Assembly (NCBI GenBank): GCA_038143065.1
Contig: JAYQLI010000048.1
Location: 1 to 18,733, forward strand
Source of the DNA: Rhodospirillales bacterium
Lineage (GTDB): Bacteria; Pseudomonadota; Alphaproteobacteria; Bin95
Length of the DNA: 18,733 nucleotides
Direction of reading: 5' to 3'
Position 1 is the first letter of the stretch; every line of letters starts with the position of its first letter. Under the pieces are notes generated by a model. The model was not told the origin of the DNA. It did no database searches and worked only from the letters and a program-made list of their open reading frames with translations. Shown here in pieces: positions 9,988 to 17,166 of the stretch. The translations under genes and the position numbers were made by a program.

Positions 9988-10805
9988 GGCACTGTCAGAT
10001 TAAACCGCCTTGCCTGATTTCGATACTGGAACGTAGCCACTAGCCATGCCTAATTCTTTATCTTTCCGTTATTTCAAAACCAGCCCTGAGATCATCCAAC
10101 TTGCAGTTATGCTGTATGTGAGGTTCCCACTCTAACCGAGAAATGTAGAAGACCTCCTGCATGAACGCGGTGTCGATGTGAGCTATGAATCTGTAAGGTA
10201 CTGGTGGCATAGATTTGGTTCTCAGTTCGCAAGCCAGATCAAGAAGCGCAGGGCAGGGGGAATGCAACTCCAGTCATTGGAAATGGCACCTAGATGAAGT
10301 CTTCGTGAAGATAAATGGTGAAAGGCATTACCTGTGGCGTGCAGTCGATCATGAAGGTGAGGTGCTAGAAAGCTATGTCACCAAAAAGAGAGACAAAAAA
10401 GCAGCTTTAAAGTTCATGAAGAAAGCCATGCGGTGCTATGGATCACCCAACGAGATCGTCACAGATAAGCTTTGGTCTTACAGTGCAGCAGCAAGAGAAC
10501 TGGGTTGTCTCAGAAAAGCAAGTTACTAAGCGATGGGCAAACAACAGAGTTGAGAATTCACACTTACCATTTCCAACGAAGAGAAAAGGCTATGCTTCGA
10601 TTTAGACGCATGCACAGCCTACAGAAGTTCGCCTCGATGCATGCCTCGTTTCACAATCTATTCAACTCGCAAAGGTCACTCTCAAAACGCAGTACATTCA
10701 AACTAAACCGTGACGCTGCTCTCACCGAGTGGCGCTCTTTAGTGATCTCGTAGAAATAGCCATCAACTAAATACTGATGCTTGGGCTCGTTTGTCTGACA
10801 GCACC
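9988..10805 (+). mobile_element. IS6-family insertion sequence, copy 1 (818 bp)
   Basis: IRL is GGCACTGTCAGATTAA (9988). IRR reverse-complements to GGTGCTGTCAGACAAA (ends 10805). The length is typical of IS6 and it contains a DDE transposase. Confidence 0.88.
10046..10753 (+). pseudogene. IS6-family DDE transposase, disrupted
   Basis: FRYFKTSPEIIQLAVMLYVRFPL*PRNVEDLLHERG has an in-frame TAA. Further motifs: WHLDEVFVKINGERHYLWRAVDHEGEVL, IVTDK and NNRVENSH. Additional frameshifts are present. Confidence 0.9.
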
Positions 10806-11357
10806 GCCATATAAAGCCACAAGTTTTTGATATTGCTAATATAATTTATGGGTAGCGCGTCATACCCTCCAACCCACCCCCCAAAAACAAAGATTTGGTT
10901 CAAAAAGGTTCCATCAAACCATTGAGCGTCGTTACTCCGCTTTAACAAAACTTTCTTGTTTTTCATGTTTCTCCTCGCCAAACCATTAAAGTCTTCACCT
11001 TCAGAGCGGATTTAAATGGCTGTAACCATGATTTTTTATCGGTCCATTTTCACTTGGTTCAACGACTGAATAGTAAAAAATACTTGGAACACATGGGGAT
11101 ACCATGGATTGCATCTAACCTATCTAATCGCTTTTTGCCAAGTTCATTGTATTCTCAAAAATGATTAACCAGGTGAAAATGTAATTTCGGCTTGAACCTG
11201 CTTGTCGCCAAGAGATTTGCGCTCTGCAAGGCTGTCTAGATAGTGATAAAAATATCAAGGAACGCATTTTCTTGTTCTGCTGTGAAAAGGAGTTGGGTTT
11301 TCAGCTCAAGGGTTTTTAGTCGTGCTTTGCCCCAGTTATGCATCTAATTCAGTCCTA

Positions 11358-11972
11358 TTATAAAAAAGGCTTGAAAGCGCCTCTCAACCAAACAAAGATT
11401 GTCTTGTCCGTAAAACATATCGCCATCTACAAAATAAGTTGGCGAACCAAATACAAGAATGCTTTATAGCTGTACTTGTATTTGCCTCATATTCATTAAT
11501 AACTTCCGGTGCTTTGGATAGCTGAATCAGCGTATCTGCATCTAAATCTATAGATTTTAGTTTTTCAACCATGGCATCTGCATTGTTCAAGTCCAAGTTA
11601 TTCAACCAGTGGCATTGCATAAATTCAGATGAAATCATTTCTAAATCCAGCTCAAGTTTTTTAGCGGCTATGAGGATCAAATCTGCTATTTCAGCTCCAT
11701 TATTGTGGCTACTAGGAGTAGCTTTCGGCATTGTAAGAAGCCAGTATTATTGACCACCTGTCTCTTTGACGTCCGAATTGATAATCCAACGTTGCTTGTG
11801 TTCGTTCTTCCAAAGGATGATAACCATTTTCGTTTAGACATTTCATTAGATCAAAGGGCCGATGAACAACGTCCCGTCCTGCTTTCTCCGCTAATCGGAG
11901 AAAATGAAAATGCCCGATGTACGCATATGCTGAATAAGCACTGTAGAAGTATTCAAGTGGCTCAACTTTCAT
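11358..11972 (-). CDS. 2-hydroxychromene-2-carboxylate isomerase / GST-kappa (DsbA-fold) family protein; frameshifted
   Basis: N-terminal LEYFYSAYSAYAYIG...VVHRPFDL. The C-terminal YEANTSTAIK continues, in another frame, as FGSPTYFVDGDMFYGQDNL. The end coordinate is approximate. Confidence 0.8.
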
Positions 11973-11991
11973 CGTTGACTGGCCTTTTTTG

Positions 11992-12277
11992 TTATTCCAT
12001 TAAATTACCAGATAAGGGTAGCGTATGTCTATTTACGGGATCGTATTCTTGAAGCATTGGGCGTCGCTCATCTAGCCAATTCACTACGCCATCCTGCGCG
12101 CTTTGTTCAAATCCATCTGCATCTCTGATGACCACAGCGATTACCTCATCAGCAGTTGTTACTGTGAAGTGTGTATTAAAGGTCTCTTTCTTTCCCATTT
12201 TCTATTACATCAGCCAAAAATTGGTCAAAGTATTCGGGCTTCGGCTTAAAGCGGATGATGCTTAGTTTTTTGCTCAT
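11992..12277 (-). CDS. Small (~95 aa) putative dimeric alpha+beta barrel protein; one frameshift
   Basis: An AGGAG RBS precedes MSKKLSIIRFKPKPEYFDQFLADV, which joins NTHFTVTTADEVIAVVIRD...NWLDERRPMLQEYDPVNRHTLPLSG. The IRFKPKPE...F start is ABM-like. Confidence 0.7.
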
Positions 12278-12281
12278 TTTG

Positions 12282-12579
12282 CTACTCCTGTTTAATTACA
12301 AATGTTGATGCGATACCTTCTTCAGCGCGAACTGATATGATTTTTCCTTCATGTTTTTTCATGGCTTCTTTTTCGCTGTTCTGTTGCACGCTCATAACTT
12401 TCCTTACTCGGATAAACAGAAGTTAAAGATGCAGTTGTTGGGCCAGTCCGTAAGAACACTAAGCATAGTGCGTCTGGAAAATTTTTAGGCCCATTAACGG
12501 TATAGGCTTTTTCAAGTTCATCAGCGATGTCTTTGGAAGCGTACTCTGATGACTAGATTCATACGCGTCTGTAACTCAT
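12282..12579 (-). CDS. Small (~97 aa) putative alpha+beta barrel protein absent from the ORF track; frameshifted
   Basis: An AAAGGAG RBS precedes the ATG at 12579. Hand translation gives YASKDIADELEKAYTVNGPKNFPDALCLVFLRTGPTTASLTSVYPSKESYERATEQRK / EAMKKHEGKIISVRAEEGIASTFVIKQE*. Confidence 0.7.
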
Positions 12580-12604
12580 TGCTACGGCTCCTTTCAAATA
12601 TTTC

Positions 12605-12618
12605 CTCAGAATTCTGAG
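12605..12618. promoter_or_regulatory. Perfect palindrome CTCAG-AATT-CTGAG; candidate operator
   Basis: Lies about 25 bp upstream of the 12579 start; a related palindrome is at 13390-13409. Confidence 0.4.
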
Positions 12619-12697
12619 CGGACAGCGAAGTGAGACAAAACAACTTCATATTTTAGCCTATTGCTAATCAGCCCAGTCTTTAGTTGTGACACAGCGT

Positions 12698-12961
12698 TCA
12701 CCGATCGTCTGGTGAAAGTTTAAAGATTTGGTGTTTCATGCCCATCTTAGAAGCCATGTCTCTTACAAATTTCATGTGTTCAGTAAGTTTTTCTTCATCG
12801 TTGATTTGTGCTAGTATTATTGCGCTATTTTCACCGCTCTTACCTACATGCTCAGGCCCCCACCAATCAGCGCGTTTGGTTTGGTTTTCTGGTGCTGAGT
12901 ACATTGCGTGCCATTTGTCATAGGGCATGTCACCCAAATCAATATGAAATGCGTAATTCAT
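12698..12961 (-). CDS. Small (87 aa) hypothetical protein, loosely DUF3764-like / alpha+beta barrel
   Basis: A GGAGGA RBS precedes an intact ORF: MNYAFHIDLGDMPYDKWHAMYSAPENQTKRADWWG...SAIILAQINDEEKL...MGMKHQIFKLSP. Confidence 0.65.
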   Translation of the reverse strand: MNYAFHIDLGDMPYDKWHAMYSAPENQTKRADWWGPEHVGKSGENSAIILAQINDEEKLTEHMKFVRDMASKMGMKHQIFKLSPDDR

Positions 12962-12989
12962 GATTTCCTCCAATTAATATCAAGTGAAA

Positions 12990-13370
12990 CTAGAAAATAT
13001 CCCAGATAACCTGCAGTTGCGTTAATGCTAGTGCGCCAAAAATCAACGTTACTACTCCCTTGAACATTCCCCACGGGGCATTCAAAAAACTTGTTACCAA
13101 AATTTGTTGCAGCTTCTTCTTCATCCATCGTCAGCATTCGCTTTGAGGTCATCCATACAGTCAAAAGAATTGATCATGACAAAGATGAACGTACCCATGA
13201 TCATCGCGGTCATAGCCCAACCCATAGTCCCAACACTTGAGTGCAACATGAATATGGTGGCCAAATTACTTAGTATCCAAGCGTGAACCCCAATACAAAT
13301 CTCTCCCACGCACTTGGCCATTACGTTGTCTGCGATCGCGATCAGCCGCTGTATTCATTTTATTTGTCAT
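12990..13370 (-). CDS. Small hypothetical membrane protein (~125 aa, about 3 TM); frameshifted
   Basis: An AGGGAG RBS precedes the start. Segments IGVHAWILSNLATIFML, GWAMTAMIMGTFIFVMINSFDCMDDLKANADD, DEEEAATNFGNKF and NAPWGMFKGVVTLIFGALALTQLQVIWDIF* join across frames. Confidence 0.65.
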
Positions 13371-13389
13371 AAATTTTCTCCCTGTTGGC

Positions 13390-13409
13390 TTTCTAAGATA
13401 GCTTAGAAA
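13390..13409. promoter_or_regulatory. Inverted repeat TTTCTAAG-ATAG-CTTAGAAA; candidate operator
   Basis: Perfect 8-bp arms about 20 bp upstream of the 13370 start. Confidence 0.4.
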
Positions 13410-13494
13410 ACTGCCAAATGGTCTCTAGTACAGAAAGTGTACTGGGGCGGAGATATGTTGGGAATACTAAATTTAGGTGGCGAGAAACAGGAAA

Positions 13495-13782
13495 TTAAAT
13501 TCCTACGCTTGCAACCATTGGCCCAGCTTCTGCCTTAACCAAAGTTGCGCCGAATGTATCCGAACATTCAGAACGTATCTCAGCTATTCGTTGCGATGCG
13601 GCAATGAAAGTCGCTTCATCAGGATATACGGCGATAATACTCACCGTGGTATCGCTTGTCTGAACTTCAAAACATTGAGTTGCGCCTAATGACTTTATCA
13701 TAGGCATGAAATGGTTTTGCATTGTATCGTACATTTCGTCAGTAATTTCTGGTGCTTCCCAGTGTGACATACTTACGTGCAT
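13495..13782 (-). CDS. Small (95 aa) putative dimeric alpha+beta barrel protein
   Basis: An AAGGAG RBS precedes an intact ORF with a beta-alpha-beta-beta-alpha-beta-like pattern, including FEVQTSDTTVSIIAVYPDEATFIAA...VKAEAGPMV. Confidence 0.75.
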   Translation of the reverse strand: MHVSMSHWEAPEITDEMYDTMQNHFMPMIKSLGATQCFEVQTSDTTVSIIAVYPDEATFIAASQRIAEIRSECSDTFGATLVKAEAGPMVASVGI

Positions 13783-13795
13783 CGTTTGGCTCCTT

Positions 13796-14103
13796 TTACT
13801 TCAAATCTAAGACCAGAGGGTAATTAATAAACGCTTCGTCAGTTATTGGAGTAAACGTGCCTGTTTCTACGATTGCCCCAGCTTCTGCCCTTAATCGTGT
13901 TAGTTCCTCATCTTCGCTGAAACTTTTAAGATGTGCCTCACTTTCAAAGTGAATGACTGTGTGCAGCATACTGTCATCATCTTTTGCGTTCCAGCGAAGA
14001 TAAAAGTCATCCCGTGTTCCTTCATCTTATCGCCAACGGAATGCACCATATCCTTCCACGCTTGGAAGCCTTTAGATAAACGTATTGTCGTTACTACAAG
14101 CAT
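13796..14103 (-). CDS. Small (~102 aa) DUF3764-like / alpha+beta barrel protein; one frameshift
   Basis: MLVVTTIRLSKGFQAWKDMVHSVGDKMKEHGMTFIFAGTQK joins DDSMLHTVIHFESEAHLKSFSEDEELTRLRAEAGAIVETGTFTPITDEAFINYPLVLDLK*. Confidence 0.72.
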
Positions 14104-14132
14104 TGTAATTTTCTCGTTTGATAAGCTGCGAT

Positions 14133-14590
14133 TTATACTGCTGTGCTTTGAACCTTGATTATGGTTCTGAGATTTACATCAAGTGCATTATAAATTTTAG
14201 CAGCAACGGGGTTTGGCGATCGCATCGTATGTTGCTTCAATTTCTGATCATGGACGGATAGGTTACGCCTAATAAGAAATCATGCATTGTTGCCCGTCAT
14301 TATTCTGGCAACCTGAAAGTTTTTGCCCCAGATTTGAAAACATCGGGGATGCTTCTGCCATCAAATCATTAAGGTCTGGTTGTGAGATGTGCGATTTACC
14401 GCGGGTCAAAAGACAAAGCAGCTTTAAAGTTCATCAAAAGGAAATCCAAACTTAGCTATGGATTCCGCATTGAGTTAATCCTGTACCATAATTGAGCTGT
14501 AGGTATTAGATTTGGCAAATGCGTCCATGACATCTGCAAAATCATTTAAAGTATCAAAAATTGCTGGAAAACTACGCTTCCCAAGTTGTT
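14133..14590 (-). pseudogene. Degraded or mis-assembled two-domain alpha+beta barrel protein, 5' end lost at the IS6 remnant
   Basis: Hand-read fragments: NNLGSVVFQQF/DTLNDFADVMDAFAKSNTYSSIM (domain 1) and GAKTFQVARIMTGNNA/DFLLGVTYPSM/EIEATYDAIA/NPVAAKIYNALDVNLRTIIKVQSTAV* (domain 2). Confidence 0.55.
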
Positions 14591-14670
14591 AATTCACATT
14601 TACCATTTCGACGATGAAAGGGCCTTACTTCAGATTTAGACGAATGAAACAGCTTCTACAGAAGTTCGCC
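14407..14670 (+). mobile_element. Patchy third IS6 remnant (3' part of the transposase)
   Basis: AAAGCAGCTTTAAAGTTCAT (~14415-14434) and AATTCACATTTACCATTTCGACGA...GATTTAGACGAATG...CTACAGAAGTTCGCC (~14591-14670) match IS6 copy 1. Confidence 0.6.
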
Positions 14671-15341
14671 TGATGTCGATGGGGAACGTAGCTTTTTAGC
14701 CATGCCTCCTTTATCCTTCCGCTATTTCAACTAGCCAAAGATCATCCAACTGCAAACGCAGTACATTCCCTTCACTGAGAAATGTAGAAGACCTTCTGCA
14801 TGAACGCGGTGTCGTGACGGTACTGGTGCAGGTTTGGCGCGCAGCTCAAGCCAGATCAAGAAGCGCAGGGCAGGGTGGGGCGGCTAGTAATTGAAATGGC
14901 ACCTGGATGAAGTCTTTGTGAAGATAAATGGAGAAAGGCATTACCTGTGGCGTGCAGTTGATCACTGAAGGCGAGGTATTAGAAAGCTACGTCACCAAAA
15001 GAGAGACAAAAAAGCAGCTTTAAAATGAAGAAAAGCCATGCGGCGCCATGGATCACCAAATGAAATAGTTACATGGGTCCTACGCGGTGCAGCAGCAAGA
15101 GAACTGGGCTCGATGGGCAAACAACAGAGTTGAGAATTCACACTTCTTTCGACGACGAGAAAGGGCCATGCTTCGATTTAGACGAATGCACAGTCTACAG
15201 ACCTTCGCGCTAATCCATGCCTCGCATAACTACGGGCTTCAACTGTCACCAAAAGCAGTTGAAACTTAACCAACGTTGAGTGGCGCTTTACGGGTCGTAG
15301 CGTCAAATGAATACTGACTTGGGCTCGTTAGTCTGACAGCA
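14668..15341 (+). mobile_element. IS6-family insertion sequence, copy 2; same orientation as copy 1, lacks IRL, many internal deletions
   Basis: Collinear with 10012-10803, e.g. GAAATGGCACCTGGATGAAGTC, GAAAGGCATTACCTGTGGCGTGCAGT and CTTGGGCTCGTTAGTCTGACAGCA. Confidence 0.85.
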
Positions 15342-15346
15342 TGTGC

Positions 15347-15703
15347 TCACCCCAAAGAACTTAAGACGTTGTAGCTCGTTATTGCGCGTGCCGTTCCATT
15401 CCACACGAAGCGCCCATCGTCATTAACCTCAACCACATGGGTCACCCCGTGATACTCCCGCACAAAGCGGCTGCCTGGTTTGAAGGCAGGGCGCATCACA
15501 TCGCGCCGGGCGGCACTCTTGAGCCGACGATCCAAACGCTTGGTATATCCACCGACCGTATCCAGCTGATAGGCGTGGCTCAAAATCTGCACCATCAGGG
15601 GCTTACTTAAATGCTTTGGGGGAGGGCGCCCCACGACCTCGCGCCACTCTGTCATCAGTGCCTCACGCGAGGCCGCTGCTAATCTATCCAAATCTAATCT
15701 CAT
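15347..15703 (-). CDS. DUF2924 family protein; 3' end damaged
   Basis: EWREVVGRPPPKHLSKPLMVQILSHAYQ...GG...KPGSRFVREYHGVTHVVEV..DGRFVWNG, with remnants ARAIT and (other frame) KFFGV. A GGAG RBS precedes the start. Confidence 0.85.
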   Translation of the reverse strand: MRLDLDRLAAASREALMTEWREVVGRPPPKHLSKPLMVQILSHAYQLDTVGGYTKRLDRRLKSAARRDVMRPAFKPGSRFVREYHGVTHVVEVNDDGRFVWNGTARAITSYNVLSSLG

Positions 15704-15808
15704 GCTCTACTCCGTACCAATCTCTCGTACTGAGCAGAGCCCGACGCTATTCGGGCACATCAACACACAAGCTTGCGGAAGACAGAAAGTCCAGTGGAAA
15801 GAGCAAGT

Positions 15809-15854
15809 GGATTGAAAATCCTCGTGTCGGTGGTTCGATCCCCCCCGAGCACCA
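15809..15854 (+). tRNA. 3' fragment of tRNA-Phe(GAA); probable attR of the island, not a complete tRNA
   Basis: Anticodon arm GGA-TTGAAAA-TCC (GAA at 15814-15816), then TCGTGTC, T-arm GGTGG-TTCGATC-CC and a ...GCACCA end. No complementary 5' acceptor strand is found upstream. Confidence 0.8.
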
Positions 15855-16046
15855 CTTTCCAAAGTAATATCAATGACTTAATTTTTTTGCACACTAACGC
15901 TAGCGTGTGCGATTCGCTAACACACCAAACACACACTTTTTCGTGTGTTTGAGAAGAGAGATTCCGGGGTTCTACACTGTGTCTCGAACCTAGTGAAAGA
16001 ACGCAGCTTTCCTGGAATGCATTTGATTTTGCGGCTTTTCAACTTC

Positions 16047-16277
16047 TCAATCGAACATTTCTGGATACTCTTTATGCAAGTAAGTCAAAAGCTGTTCGAA
16101 GCTCTTGAAACTGGGATAGTCGATTGGGACGATTGATCTCCAACCCATAGGATCCTCAGGATCTCTCCTGAAAACCTCAAAACAATATCTTCCATTTTCG
16201 TATTTATATAAGTCTATGCATCTAGTTTGATTGTGATCCTCCAAAGACTTAATCACTATCCGGGCATTTTTCTTCAA
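16047..16277 (-). CDS. Small conserved hypothetical protein (~76 aa)
   Basis: TTG start, then KKNARIVIKSLEDHNQTRCIDLYKYENGRYCFEVFRRDPEDPMGW. The ORF track fuses it to the upstream gene because of an indel. Confidence 0.65.
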   Translation of the reverse strand: MKKNARIVIKSLEDHNQTRCIDLYKYENGRYCFEVFRRDPEDPMGWRSIVPIDYPSFKSFEQLLTYLHKEYPEMFD

Positions 16278-16281
16278 ACGG

Positions 16282-17157
16282 CTACTTTCTCTGGGAACTC
16301 GTGTAGGCTTCGAATTTTCATAGTACTCATCGAAGCCGATATCTTTCCGTAACTCGCCAAAATCCAGCAATAAGTCATTTCTGGGCTGATCAACTTTCAT
16401 GCGGTCTAATGTCATCTTCATAGCGTTCATGGCAGCTGAAAGCAGAGTGAGAGGATAAGCTGCAATCTGGTAGCCCAGCTCTGAGATCTCGTTCATTGCC
16501 AGGTTCGTGTGGTCCACCTTCGACAATATTTGCCATTTTACAGCCAGGAAGTTCTGAACAATTGTACGCATTTCATCTATGTTTTTAGGAGCTTCGACAA
16601 ACAGAATGTCAGCTCCCATTTCGTGAAACCTGTGTGCGCGTTCGATAGCTTCCTTTAATCCATGTGTATGATTTGCATCGGTTCTTGCCATAATGAGAAT
16701 GTCAGTGCCTCCTCGCGGGCATCAACTGCTGCTTTAATTCTATCGAATGCTTCTTCTCGGCCAACTACGTCTTTACCAGGAGTATGTCCACAACGCTTGG
16801 GAGCTAATTGGTCTTCTATCAATACCGCAGCGCATCCGGCGCGAGCAAAGCCACCAACTGTCCTACGAACGTTCATGGCATTACCATATCCAGTATCGCC
16901 ATCTGCAATCATTGGTATTGATATCGCTTCATTAATATTCCGAGCTTGATCAACAACTTCAGCATAAGACATGAGACCCAAATCTGGGGCCCCAAGCCTT
17001 GAGGCAGATGTTGCAAAACCAGACATAAACGTCAGCTGAAAATCTGCTTGCTCTATTAACTTTGCAGACAGAGCATCAAAACAACATGGCATTGGCAAAA
17101 ATTGACCAGAATTGATCAATTTTACGAAGATTGTCTGCAGCTACATTTTGATTTCAT
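16282..17157 (-). CDS. Isocitrate lyase / PEP mutase superfamily enzyme (methylisocitrate lyase / dimethylmalate lyase-like); frameshifted
   Basis: Motifs CFDALSAKLIEQ, FMSGF, PDLGL, IADGDTGYGNAMNV, IEDQLAPKRCGH (catalytic loop), ARTDA, GADILFVEAP and AAYPLTLL. Confidence 0.9.
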
Positions 17158-17166
17158 AAGAGATCC

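Noticed and set aside
10763-11343. Short ORFs MKNKKVLLKRS… (ATG 10966, good RBS) and MHNWGKARLKTLELK… (ATG 11343)
   Set aside because: No recognisable family. The first runs into the IS end and the second needs a frameshift. They are possible small genes but unsupported.
11358-14590. Integron-like cassette array as an explanation for the small co-oriented genes
   Set aside because: No integron integrase is present, most gaps are too short for attC, and I found no paired RYYYAAC/GTTRRRY boxes. IntegronFinder would settle it.
16047-16691. Apparent fusion of the lyase C-terminus to the RRDPED protein
   Set aside because: A single indel near 16308 restores a lyase stop at 16282 and a separate TTG start at 16277.
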